64,000 nucleotides of DNA from an uncultured Planctomycetaceae bacterium (GCA_963785305.1 CAWAUV010000008.1:576001-640000); one strand, 5' to 3'; numbered from the stretch's first letter, positions 34,132 through 46,913 are shown. Numbers and translations are program-made. Notes: generated from the letters alone by a model not told the origin.

Positions 34132-35444
34132 ATGCAACCATCGGCCACGCAAACCGCCTCGCGCACCACTGCTTCGGAAGGCAAAGGCGACGAGCAGATG
34201 TTTCTCTGTCCCGGCGATGGCGCGGCGATTAGCCACGCGATCCATCTCGGCCGTCTGGCGAGCCACTATCCACCCTGCGCCGGTTGCGAACATCGACCGG
34301 CGAATTTTGGTCCGATCCTGGGCCGCCCCGTGATCGCGGCCGATGCCCTCTTCACCGAGGATGGATTCGCCGGCATCATCGACGAGCAAGTGTCGGCAAG
34401 CGTGGCTCGACGGCTCGCGCTTGCGATCGGCTGCGAACTGCGCAATGAATCGCCAGCCGAAAGCCACCTCGAGGCATCGCCAACGCAAGTTTCACGAACG
34501 ATCGGGGCATCGCAAAGAATCCTCGTTGGAGCCGATGGGCGGGCGAGCGTCGCGGAGCTCTTGGCGGCGACCTGCGAAGGGCTGCGGGCCGCGGGATGCC
34601 ATGTCGTGGAACTCGAGCCGATGACCGCGCCACAAATGGTCGCCACGATTCTGGAGCTCGATTCCCTCGGCGGAGTGTATCTCGGCAATCCCGCAGGCGA
34701 TTCGCACGCCGTGGCAATTCGCTGCTGGTCGCGCGACGCCCGCCCTTTGTGTGGCGGCGGTCGGCTCGATGCGGTGCGGCGCCGCTTTCAAGGCGAGCTC
34801 ACGCGACCCGTTCGCGCGAGCGGCCAACTCGAGCGCCATCGGTCCCCCGCCGGTCGTCTTGATCGCGGTTCGGAACTTTTCCACGCGCTCCGGCCGCTGC
34901 GATTCGCGCTCGACACGGCATCGGCGCCGCTCTCGAAGCGCCTGACGCGATTGCTCGAGCCGACCGCGTGCGAACGAATCGTTCCCGAGTGGATCGGCGC
35001 TCCCGGGGCTGCATCCCGCACTCGCTCACCGACCGGCGACGAAGCATCGCATGGCCGGCGAATCGACTCGCTCGCGGCCTTCACAATCGAGCGCCAGGCC
35101 GATTTCGGCGCTTGGATCGATGGCGATGGCGAACGGCTCGCGGTGGTCGACGAGCGTGGCGTCGCGGTGGACATCGAGCGTTTGCTGTCGGCGATCGCGG
35201 AACTCGATCCTGTCTTGCGCCCTGGTTTTTTCTCCGACACCACTCGCCTCGCCGCCGCGATCACGTGGCGGAGGCGATATCGTCCAGCGGAGCGCGGCTG
35301 GGTGGCGAACCCAATGGCCGAATCTGGTTCGCCGACGCCGAATCGCCTCCCTCGCCCGACGCGCTTTGCGCCCTGGGCCTCGTGCTCCGCCTGCTCAGCC
35401 ACGGCGACGCCCCGCTGTCGCGATTACTTGCCGGAGTCGCTTGA
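34132..35444 (+). CDS. Degenerate phosphomannomutase/phosphoglucomutase-like protein with N-terminal Cys/His motif (start uncertain; frameshift near 35270)
   Basis: LFTEDGFAG, ILVGADGR, EGLRAAGC.V, TAP, ADFGAWIDGDGERL.VVDERG; no TASHNP motif. Confidence 0.65.
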
Positions 35445-35657
35445 CGCCTCGTTAGATAGAGGGCGATTACGCGCGGGATCGCGTACGCGCCGTTGGGAAA
35501 GGGAGAGCCCAAGGAGAGCCCAGACAGTCATCAGATGGCGGGGACGGATGGAATGCCCGTGCTATTTGGGCAATGAAGGAAAGTCCGGCAAACGCTTGTA
35601 CACCGCCGCGGGCCCGCGGGTTGGTGGGCGTCTGGTTTTGTCATGAAGATCAGAAGA

Positions 35658-35771
35658 GGAGTCTTCCAACACGACGACACGACGTAAGCAAGCGGCAGAC
35701 AAAAAGCGCCCGTGTCGGCCCTCGCCGCTTCATTTCTCCTGTCTTCGTCGTGCCCGTCGTATTGAAAAACT
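35658..35771. repeat. Hairpin repeat (copy A); its first ~60 bp recur as a direct repeat at 37143-37210
   Basis: AGTCTTCCAACACGACGACACGACG pairs with CGTCGTGCCCGTCGTATTGAAAAACT. Confidence 0.7.
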
Positions 35772-35774
35772 GCC

Positions 35775-36201
35775 GTGGGCAAGCTCTCGGAGGCGTTGTT
35801 CGACGCCGGCGCCGCGACTTGGGCGGCTCGCATGCGGCGCGTGCTCAAGGAGGATCGCGGCGGCATCCAGCGAGCACTCAACTATCTCTGGAAATATCGC
35901 GATCACATGAACTACTGGGAATGCCGGCGAAGCAAACTGCCGATCGGCAGCGGAGTGACCGAGGCGGCTTGCAAGATGATCCTCGGCCATCGCTTCAAGC
36001 AGTCGGGCATACTTTGGAAGCAGGGCCACTCGCAATGCGTGTTCGACCCGCGCGGGTGATCCTCAAAAGCCGCGTTTGGGAGGCCGCTCGCGACGCCTGG
36101 CTCGAACGCCCCCAGCCCGCGAAACCGGCGACATGCGAGCCCAAGCCGACGAAAACACGCCCAAAACCCCAGAAAAAGCCGCTGCCAGCGTGATTGCACC
36201 C
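35775..36201 (+). mobile_element. ISKra4-like (UPF0236) transposase C-terminal remnant with probable right end
   Basis: YLWKYRDHMNY..LPIGSGVTEAACK..RFKQSGILW; ends ..GATTGCACCC. Confidence 0.75.
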
Positions 36202-36243
36202 GCTCGGGGAAGCCATCATCGGATACGCCAACGTTCACCCCGC

Positions 36244-36591
36244 TCATGGATGGGGCGTGATGGCGATGATCGTGATGTCTTTGGCTTCCGGCCCGTGGCG
36301 CCAGAAGACTCGATACGCTCCGGGAGTATTGTTTTGAGCGTATGCCTCGAAGATTTTCCTTTTGTCGTCGAACGGATTGGTGATCGAATCGTACTCGTGG
36401 GTCTTGAGTCCTGGGTGGCGGGGATTGTCCTCCAGCAGTTCGATCGTCTTGTGGACCTGCTTGAACAAGCCTTCATCCTTACTCGACTTCCCCTTCGATT
36501 TCTTCTTGCGGGCCTGGATGTTCTTTGCCGCCTTGTCACGAAGATCGTTGTAGGTCTTCGTGGCTTCCAGCGTCCATTTGATCGTGAACAT
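36244..36591 (-). CDS. RelE/ParE-superfamily toxin-like protein
   Basis: Basic 115 aa; IELLEDNPRHPGLKTHEY..FEAY..GAYRVFW..IIAITPHP; downstream of a small AbrB-like gene. Confidence 0.7.
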   Translation of the reverse strand: MFTIKWTLEATKTYNDLRDKAAKNIQARKKKSKGKSSKDEGLFKQVHKTIELLEDNPRHPGLKTHEYDSITNPFDDKRKIFEAYAQNNTPGAYRVFWRHGPEAKDITIIAITPHP

Positions 36592-36666
36592 CGGCGTGGC
36601 GTCCCAAATACAAAGCGACCGCGGCTTCTTTGATGAGCCCACGGTCGGATTGAGTCAGCTACCGGA

Positions 36667-36936
36667 TTAGTCGTCGATGTCCGCGACAAGGGCTGAATCG
36701 GCATCGAGATCGAGAGCGTCTTTGGCGAACCGGCGGCCCTGGGCTTGGGCCAAGCCCTTGCGGACTGAGTTCAGCGCCTTCTTATTTCGGTAGAGCCAAG
36801 CCTCGTTCTCTGGAATAACGACCGCCGGGGTAATGACGATCTTGTCCGGGTCGGAGTCATCAATAATGACCGTTCGCCCGACAAAGCGATTGCCGAGTGC
36901 GACTCGGCCCTTGCTATCAACTACTTTGGTCGTCAT
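36667..36936 (-). CDS. AbrB/MazE-like antitoxin
   Basis: VVDSKGRVAL swapped-hairpin start, IVITP..IPENEAWLY, acidic tail. Confidence 0.7.
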   Translation of the reverse strand: MTTKVVDSKGRVALGNRFVGRTVIIDDSDPDKIVITPAVVIPENEAWLYRNKKALNSVRKGLAQAQGRRFAKDALDLDADSALVADIDD

Positions 36937-36961
36937 GGGGACTTTCTCCAGTGCTCAATCC

Positions 36962-36997
36962 ATTCTAGGTCATGTGGGAAAGTGGGATTTACCCACA
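36962..36997 (-). promoter_or_regulatory. Putative TA promoter/operator
   Basis: -10-like TAGAAT (36962-36967, minus strand) next to the inverted repeat TGTGGG..CCCACA (36973-36997). Confidence 0.45.
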
Positions 36998-37049
36998 ATG
37001 ATATCGGCAAAAAACGGCTGGCGAGCGACAGGATGGCGACCAGGAATTG

Positions 37050-37078
37050 CGTAAGCGACTGTGCGACAATCGGTTACG
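37050..37078. other. 11-7-11 palindrome resembling a tyrosine-recombinase core site
   Basis: CGTAAGCGACT-GTGCGAC-AATCGGTTACG (arms match at 9 of 11 positions). Confidence 0.4.
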
Positions 37079-37142
37079 GCGCCTGGGGGGCCTCCGTGAC
37101 TTCGCCGACAGCGGCACGCTGGTTTGGAGAACAAACAAAAGC

Positions 37143-37210
37143 GGAGTATTTTAACACGACGACACGAAGCACTCGACGTAAGCAGACAGCAGACAAAAAG
37201 CGCCGTGTCG
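37143..37210 (+). repeat. Direct repeat copy B of 35658-35717
   Basis: Shared GGAGT..AACACGACGACACGA..CGTAAGCA..GCAGACAAAAAGCGCC..GTGTCG. Confidence 0.8.
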
Positions 37211-37485
37211 CCTAGCGAATGTGGCAGTGGGGGCCGGAAAGCAGCGCCGCGGGCGGGGACAGTCCGCGAGCGCGGGGGACGGGTCCGCGCGGCGGCGATC
37301 CTGGGTCGGCGAGATCGCGACGCCGAGGAAAAACCGACCGAAACACATACCCGGCCGCCGCAAAAGACGCCAGCCGGCCGGCGTCTTTTGCGGCGAGGGG
37401 CGACGCCGACCCTTGGCAATTGGGTCCCTCCCAGCGACAATACAGGAGGCTTGCCCTGGCGGCGCCTTGCGAACCACGGTTTCCA

Positions 37486-37947
37486 ATGATGATTCTTTCC
37501 CGAACTTTGGTCGTGCATGTCTTGGCGGCGAGCCTGCTCCTGGCGAGCGTTTGGCCGGCGGCGAGAAACGCCCGCGCACTAACCGCCTGCCCCGGAGACT
37601 GGGCTGCTCGGCTCGATGTTTGGGCGCACGCCGCGACGGGTATTCACGCGCGGGGCGTCATCACTCGGGCCGACCAGCTCAAAGGTCGCTGTTGCTGCCA
37701 AGGCGACTGCCGCGGCAAGCATTGCGCCATGGCCTGCTGCCGCCGGGCGCCCGAGCGGCAGCCCCCGGCGCCGCCGACCACTCCGCGCCGCGGCGGTGAT
37801 GAGCCAGGGTCGCTCGCGCTCGCGACCCTGCCGGCGATCGTCGATGCTGACGGGGCGCTGGCGGATTTGCGATTCGCTTCACTTCTCGGCGGCCCGTTGG
37901 CGCCTCGCTCCACGCTGCAAACGCAGAGTGTGCGCATCCAGACCTGA
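37486..37947 (+). CDS. Small exported Cys-rich protein, candidate leader ORF of cusA
   Basis: Signal-like N-terminus, CCCQGDCRGKHCAMACC cluster, Pro-rich linker, C-terminus TLQTQSVRIQT. Confidence 0.6.
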   Translation: MMILSRTLVVHVLAASLLLASVWPAARNARALTACPGDWAARLDVWAHAATGIHARGVITRADQLKGRCCCQGDCRGKHCAMACCRRAPERQPPAPPTTPRRGGDEPGSLALATLPAIVDADGALADLRFASLLGGPLAPRSTLQTQSVRIQT

Positions 37948-38108
37948 CCGCGCCTTGCCGCGCCTTGCGAAGACGCGAGGCGCCGCGCGAGGGCGGCCTC
38001 CCCGCGCGAGCTTCGGGCGAATGCATTTCCACGCCCCTGGCGGCTTCAGGCTCGAGCTCGCGCGCCTCGGGCATTTCACGCACGCAATCGAAGCGAAGGA
38101 TTTGACCA

Positions 38109-41100
38109 ATGATCGAAAAAATAATCGAAGCCTCGATCCGCAATCGCTTCGTGGTGTTGTTTATCACCGCCGCGCTCGCGGTCGCCGGCGTGGTGGCGAT
38201 GTTCAACACGCCGATCGACGCGATTCCCGACCTGAGCGAAAACCAGGTGATCGTGTTCACCGACTGGATGGGTCGCAGCCCGCGCGAAATCGAAGACCAG
38301 GTCACCTATCCGCTCTCGCGCAAGCTGCAAGGTCTGGCCGGGGTGCGCGCCGTGCGTTCGAGCAGCGAATTCAATTTCTCGATGATCACGATCATCTTCG
38401 ACGACGACATCGACTTTTATTTCGCCCGCCAGCGAGTGAGCGAAAAACTGGCCCAGGCCAGCGTCTTTCTGCCTCCGGGAGTCTTGCCCTATCTCGCGCC
38501 CGACGCCACGGCGCTCGGGCAAATCTTCTGGTACACGGTCGAGTCGAGCCCGGAACACAAGATCAACCCGGAGCGGCTTTGGGCCTTGAACAAGTTCTAT
38601 ATCGCCACGCAACTCAACGCCGCGCCGGGCGTGGCCGACGTGGCGATCGTGGGCGGAGCGCCGCTCGAATATCAGATCGATGTGCGGCCCGAGTCGCTGC
38701 GGGCCCATGGCATCACGCTGGGTGATCTGTATTCGGCGGTGGGCAAAAGCAACATGCCGGCTGGCGGCGGCGTGATTCAAAAGAACAACGCCGAATACAT
38801 TGTCCGCGGCGTGGGCTGGATCAAGGACAAGCGCGATATCGAAGACGCCGTGATCAAGGAGATCAACGGCACGCCGATCTATGTGAAAACCGTGGCCAAG
38901 GTGACGCTCGGGTCCCAGTTTCGCCGCGGCATCTTCGAGAAAAACGGCAACGAAGTCACCGGGGGCGCGGTGCTGATGCGCCATGGCGAGAACCCGCTCA
39001 AGGTCACCGAGCGCGTCAAGGACCGCATTCACGAGCTACAAGCCGGACTGCCGGCCGGAGTGCATATCGTGCCGGCCTACGATCGCACCCGGCTGATCAC
39101 CGGCGCGATTCACACGCTGACCGAAGTGATGATGCACGAGATGTTGATCGCCTCGTTGGCGATTCTGTTGATTCTGGCGCATGTGCGAAGCGTGTTCGTC
39201 ATTTGCATCACGCTTCCGCTCGCGGTCCTGTTTTCGTTTTTGCTGATGGCGATTTTGCGGCGGCTGGGCATTGTCGATATTCAGGCCAATATCATGTCGC
39301 TGGCCGGCATCACGATCTCGATCGGCATTTTGGTCGATCAGGCGATCGTGATGACCGAAAACGCCACGCATCATCTCAAACAACATTTCGGCGACAAAAA
39401 AGTCACGGGCGACACGCGCAAACTGGTCATGGCGCCGTGCCGCACGGTGGGCCGGCCGATCTTCTTCTCGGTGCTGATCATGCTGCTCTCGTTCGTGCCG
39501 GTGTTCATGCTCGGCGGCCGCGAGGGCAAGCTCTTTCATCCGCTGGCTTTTACCAAAAGCTTCGCCATGATCGGAGTGGCCTTGATTTCGATCACGGTCG
39601 TGCCGGCGCTGATTCCCACCTTCATTCGCGGCCGGCTGCGCGGCGAGGAAGAGAACCCGATCGTGCGCGGCTTCATTCAAATCTATAAACCGCTACTCAC
39701 CTGGGCCCTGCCGCGCCGCAATCTCGTGATGTGGGCCTTCGCGGCGCTGCTGGTAATCGCGGCGGGCGTTTTTCCGCTGCAATCGCTCCTGGGCATGGGC
39801 GCCGACGAACGCGCTTGGAAACAAGTGTTTCTCGTGGTTTTTTTCATCGTCACCTCCTTGACCGTGATTTTCATCAACGGCAAACGGGCAACCAATTTAA
39901 CCTCGCTCCTCGAAAATCTCGGATTGTTCGCGGGCGGCGTCGCGCTTCTCGCTATCGCCGCGGGGTTTTTCCAGGCCGGGCAGCACTTTAGCTGGATGCA
40001 TGCGACGCTGCCCGGCGTCGGCGAGGTGGCGATCGCGAAATGGCCGCTCTGGTTCTGCTCGCTGGCGACGGTGCTCGCGCTCTTCGTCGTCGCGATCCGA
40101 ACCGATCGGCTCATTCTCTGGCAAATGCTCGCGGTGGCCAGCCTGGTGTTGGTGGGGCTTTGGTCGTATCGGCTCGAGAAGATCGGCGTGTCGTTCATGC
40201 CGGCGCTCGATGAAGGCGCGATGCTCGACATGCCCGTGACCGTGCCGCGAGCCAGTGTCACGCAAGTGGCCGATGACCTCAAGGCCCGCGACGCGCTCTT
40301 GCGCGGTTTTCCGGAGGTGGAGTCCGTGATCGGCAAGGCGGGTCGGGCCGACACGCCGACCGATCCGGCTCCGCTCGACATGGTCGAAACCTTCGTGAAC
40401 TTTCGGCCCCAGGAATTGTGGCCCAAGCGCGTGCTCAAATTCACCGACGCCGCGAGACAAATCGACGACACGCTCACGGCGCTCGAGCAACAAGGCTTCA
40501 TTCAGGCGCCGGAAAACGAAGACGATCGCCGCGGACTACTCGACGACGCCTCCCAAAAAGCGCTCGAGCGCTTCGACGAAACCCTTCGCGAGCTCGCGCT
40601 GTTGCGCTATCAAGAAATCGAGCATTCGCTCCGCGGCGAGCTCACTGCGTTTGCCGTCGCGCAGACAATCGACAGGATGAAAGCCGCCGGCCGTATTGCA
40701 TGGCCCGCTGGCGTCGTCGAACAGGATGTCGTCGCGGGGCTGATAAAGCGATTCACGCCTCGATATGGCCCCTGGCTGGCCGCGAATCCCTCGCTGGAAG
40801 ATTGCGAGCTGCTCAGCCAAGCAATCGCCGAGGCGCTCGCCGCCGAGGGCGCGATCGACAATGTGGCCGACGCGCTGGAGGCCACGCATTCAACACTCGG
40901 CAATTTCTGGATCGCGGCCAAGGAGCTTGTGGGCGGCGATCGTCCGACATTCGCCGGCGAGCTGCTCGCGGCCGTCGAGCGGGAGCGAAATCGGCTATGG
41001 GCCGATGGCGCACGGCGCGTGAATTGGGAACTCTCGGATCGTGGCATCGAGGTTTTTACCTGGGACGCGCTCGAGGAACTGGCCAAGGCGGCGACCAAGG

Positions 41101-42763
41101 CCGATCTCGTGGCTCATGCCCCGCGCGGCGCCCTGACCGAGGCGTTTGCCGCGGCGGCCCTGAAGTCGCAACTCGAGCAGCCGGCCGACATGGCCGCCTT
41201 CACGCCGTTCCACGAACTCCGCCAGCAATTGCAAGGGCCATTTGCCAAGCGCGTGTTTCTCTGGCCGCGGCGTCCCGGGCCGAAGGGCGATCTCGTCGAC
41301 GATGAAATGCGACGCGTGTTGCAGGCGCCGGGCTGGAGCAACATTTTTACCCAACCAATCATCAATCGCATCGACATGCTCTCGACCGGAGTGCGAACCG
41401 ATATCGGCGTGAAGGTCTTTGGCGACGACCTGGATACGATCGACCGAGTGTGCAAGGAAATCGAAGTCGCGCTCAAGCCGATCCCGGCGCGCGCGATGTG
41501 CTCGCGGCCCCGATCATGGGCAAGGGCTATTTGCAAATCGACATCGATCGCCGCGCCGCGGCGCGCTACGGAATCACGGTCGAGGATATTCAAAACGAAA
41601 TCGAAGTCGCGCTCGCCGGGCGCACCGTGACCTATACCGTCGAGAACCGCGATCGCTTTCCGGTGCGCATTCGCTATTATCGCGCCGAGCGCGAAGACGA
41701 AGCCAGCATTGGCCGGCTGCTGGTGGCGGCCAGTAGCGTGTCGAGGGCGCCCGCCGGCGATGCGGGCAACATGGGCGCCGGCGCCGGGCCGGCCGACACC
41801 ATGAATAGCGGCCCGAAGTCGGCTTCGGCAAGCGCACCGCCCGCCGCCGGCGAGCCACACATGTCGACACCCGCGCACGCTGGCCGGGGCAAAGCGCTGA
41901 TTCCGCTCGCGGCGCTGGCGACGATCAAGATCGTGGAAGGACCGGCGATGATCAAAAGCGAAAACGGGCGGCTATTGAACTATGTGACGGTCAATGTGCG
42001 CGGGCGCGACATGGTGGGCTTTGTCGATGAAGCCCAGCGAGTGGTGGCTCAGAAAGTAAAACTTCCCGAGGGCGTGCATCTCGAATGGACCGGCGAATTC
42101 GAACATCAGGCCCGGGCCGCGCGGACGCTGCGCTTCGTGTTTCCGGCCGTGATCGCGCTGATCTTCATGATTTTGTATTTGACGTACAACGATCTGATGG
42201 ACGCGGTGCTGATGATGATGGCGGTGCCCGAGGCGCTGGCGGGCGGAGCGTTTTTCATGGTTCTCTTTCCCAAGATCATGCAAGGCTGGTCGGCGCCGCC
42301 GATGGATTTCAGCGTCGCGGTCTGGGTGGGGTTCATTGCGTGCTTCGGCATGGCCACCGAAACCGGCATTATCATGCTCGTGTATCTGCGCGAGGCGATC
42401 GACAAACGCGGTGGGTTGGAGAATATCGGCTCGCTGGCCGAACTGCGCGAGGCGGTGATCGAAGGCGCCGTGCATCGCCTGCGACCGAAGCTACTCACCG
42501 AGGGCGTGGCGATCATCGCGATCTTTCCGATGGTGTTCTCCAAGGGCGTCGGCGGTGAAATCTTGGCGCCGATGGCGCTGCCGGTGCTGGGCGGATTGCT
42601 CATTTCCGACGAAGTGGTCGACCTCTTCCTGCCGGTGCGCTTCTACTGGATCCGCCGCGCCCGCTGGCTCAAATTGCAGGCGGAGCGAGCCGATCGAGCG
42701 CCGGTCGTGGTGGATGGCGCCACGGAAGCTTCGCCCGAGATGGCCACGACCGCCACGGTCTGA
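38109..42763 (+). CDS. cusA: CusA/SilA-type heavy-metal RND efflux permease, ~1550 aa with large insertions (frameshift near 41485)
   Basis: DAIPDLSENQVIVFT, PDATALGQI, YDRT.LI, LVDQAIVM.EN, EGKLFHPLAFTK, GRADTPTDPAPLDMVET, RIDMLSTG, RLRPKLLT. Confidence 0.9.
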
Positions 42764-42911
42764 TCGGACGAATCCGCCAGCCGCGGGAGCGATGTTTCCG
42801 ATCGCGGTCGCTTGGCTTGGGGCGCTCCAGGCGATATTCTGACGGCTCGGCTCGAGGTTGGCTCCCCAGCTTTCAAGGAGGGTGATTGTGGTAAGGCTCA
42901 AGCGTTGGTCG

Positions 42912-45367
42912 ATGGCGAATGGCGCCGGCTACTCGTCGATCTTGGGATTGGCGCTCGGTTGCGCGTGGCTCGCCGGATGCGAACAAGCCGCCGAGCGGCC
43001 GCAGCGCCTCGCGGGCAAGCCGGCGGAAACAGAATCCGCGCCCGAAGCGAAAGCGAGCGCGCCAAAAGCCGACGAGGCTCCGAAAAGCGACACCGCCAAG
43101 AGCGACGCCGTGCGGAAGTCCGACTCCATGTCGACGGCCCAAGCTCCCGCGGCGGCCGAAGGCTCGGCGAAGTCTGGCGAAGGCTTGGCCGATTCCGCCG
43201 GCGGCAAGACAGCTCCTCCCGCTTCTGCCCCGGCCACCCCATTGCAACCCGTTTCCGAAAGCGCCGCGCTTATGAAAACCCCGCTCATTCCGCGCGATGT
43301 CTTGTTGGGCAATCCCGACAAAGCCGCCGCCCGTATCAGTCCCGATGGCAAACGGCTCAGCTACCTCGCCCCGGTCGAGGGAGTGCTCAATGTTTGGGTC
43401 GGCGCGGCCGACAAGCCCGAGGAAGCCGCTCCCGTCACGCACGACACCTACCGCGGCATCCGTTCCTACTTTTGGGCCTACACCAACAACCATATCCTCT
43501 ACGAGCAAGACAAAAACGGCGATGAAGACTTTCATGTCCACGCCGTCGACCTTGCCTCGGGCGATATCAAGGACCTTTCGCCGCTCGAAAAAGTGCGGGC
43601 CGAGATCAATGGCGTCAGCGAGCGCTTTCCCGACGAACTGCTTGTCGGACTCAACGATCGCGATCCGCAGTACCACGATATCTACCGGGTGAACATCCTC
43701 ACCGGCGAACGCAAGCTGGTGCAAGAAAACCCCGACTTCGCGGGCTTCCTGAGCGACGACGATTTCCGCATTCGCTTCGCCTCGAAGATGACGCCCGACG
43801 GCGGCTCGACCTATTTCCAGCCCGACGGCGACGGCGGCTGGAAGGAATTCATGAAGATTCCTTTCACCGATTCGCTCACCACCGCGCCGGCCGGATTCGA
43901 CAAGTCGGGCGATGTGCTCTACCTGCTCGATAGCCGCGACCGCAACACGACCGCGCTGGCCAAATACGACCTGAAGACCGGCAAGGAAACCGTGATCGCC
44001 GAAAACGCCAAGGCCGATGTCGGCGGCGTGATCACGCACCCGATCGAAAAAACGGTCGAGGCCGTGAGCTTCGATTATTTGCGCACCGAATGGGATGTGC
44101 TCGATAGCTCGATCCAACCGGATATGGACTATCTCAAGACCGTGGCCGATGGCGAAATTCAGGTCACGAGCCAAACACTCGACAACAACACCTGGACCGT
44201 CGCCTATCTGATGGACGATGGCCCGGTGCGGTTCTATCTCTATGATCGCCAAAAGCGCCATGCGACCTTTCTCTTCACCAACCGCAAATCGCTCGAAGGC
44301 CAGCCGCTAGTGAAGATGCATCCGCTTGAAATCAAATCGCGCGACGGCTTGACGCTCGTGTGCTATCTCTCGCTACCGCCGGAGAGCGACCCCGACGGCG
44401 ATGGCGTGCCCGAGCGGCCGGTCCCGCTGGTGCTCGATGTCCACGGCGGTCCCACGGCCCGCGATTCCTGGGGACTCGATTCAAATGCCCAACTGCTGGC
44501 CAATCGCGGCTATGCGGTGATGGCCGTGAACTATCGCGGCTCGACCGGCTTCGGCAAGGAATTTCTCAATGCCGGCATCAAGCAATGGGCCCGCAAAATG
44601 CACGACGACCTGATCGACGCGGTCGATTGGGCGATCGAGCAGAAGATCGCCGATCCGAACAAGGTGGCGATCACCGGCGGCAGCTATGGCGGCTACGCCA
44701 CGCTGGTGGGCCTCACGATGACGCCCGAGCGGTTTGCCTGCGGCGTGGACATCGTCGGCCCCTCGAATCTCGATGACGCTACTCAATACAATTCCGCCCT
44801 ATTGGGCGCCGGCGATGCAGATGTTCAAGGATCGCGTGGGCGATGTGACGCACCGAGGAAGGCCGAGCACTGCTTGGAAGAGCGTTCGCCGCTGAACTTC
44901 GTCGACCGGATTCAACGGCCGCTGCTTGATCGGCCAGGGCGCCAACGATCCGCGCGTCAAGCAGGCCGAGGCCGATCAGATCGTGGCGGCGATGCAGAAG
45001 AAGCGGATTCCGGTCACCTATGTGCTGTTTCCCGACGAGGGCCACGGCTTTGCTCGACCGGAAAACAATCTGGCGTTTACCGCGGTGACGCGAAGCGTTT
45101 TTGGCGGCACATCTTGGCGGACGTTTCGAGCCGATCGGCGACGCGCTCAACGGCTCGACGATCACCGCTCCGGCCGGCGCCGACGATGTGCCCGGCCTCG
45201 CCGCCGCGCTCAAGGACCACAAGCCGCCGGCTGTTCAAGCCTCGGGCGAGCAGTCAGACGAACCCAAACCGGATGAACCCAAACCGGATGAACCCAAACC
45301 GGAAGGGCCCAAACCAGACGAGCCCAAACCGGAAAGCGGCGCGAAGCCCGAGAGCGGCGACAAATAG
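42912..45367 (+). CDS. S9 (prolyl oligopeptidase/acylaminoacyl) peptidase, predicted lipoprotein; several frameshifts after 44770
   Basis: LAGC lipobox, [37 protein letters not shown]. Confidence 0.92.
45257..45331 (+). repeat. 15-bp tandem repeat x5 encoding a (DEPKP)n tail
   Basis: GATGAACCCAAACCG variants. Confidence 0.9.
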
Positions 45368-45446
45368 TTCGCGGCGTCAGGATTTTTCCGTTCTCTCCGC
45401 GCCTCCGCGTGAACTCTCTCCTGGCGGAGCGTTTCGCCGAGGGCCT

Positions 45447-46661
<1,215 letters not shown>

Positions 46662-46913
46662 GAGGAGTCAACCCTTTTTCAATCGTGGCAAGTCTGGATT
46701 CTGATGTTCGCTGATCGGGAGCCCCGATCCGACGATCCGGGCCGCCAACGTGAGGCGCGGGAAATACCAAAAACGGCCCGGCGCCCCGAGCGCGAGGGTT
46801 CTATTGTGTGCCGAGGGGGAAATCTTGACAAGCGGCCCGCGCTCGGGGGCGACTTCCGCGGCGCTTGACGCCGCTCATCAGCACACTGTTCACCACTGTA
46901 TTCAGCGCAGTGC

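Noticed and set aside
35500..35540. Minus-strand CTGATGA as a hammerhead core, or GGAGAG repeats as a glycine riboswitch
   Set aside because: No stem II-GAAA and no CTCTCAGG partner found
45257..45331. Short tandem repeats (also 4484-4528 and ~51880-51912) as a CRISPR or contingency locus
   Set aside because: In-frame coding repeats in linkers or tails; no spacers and no cas genes
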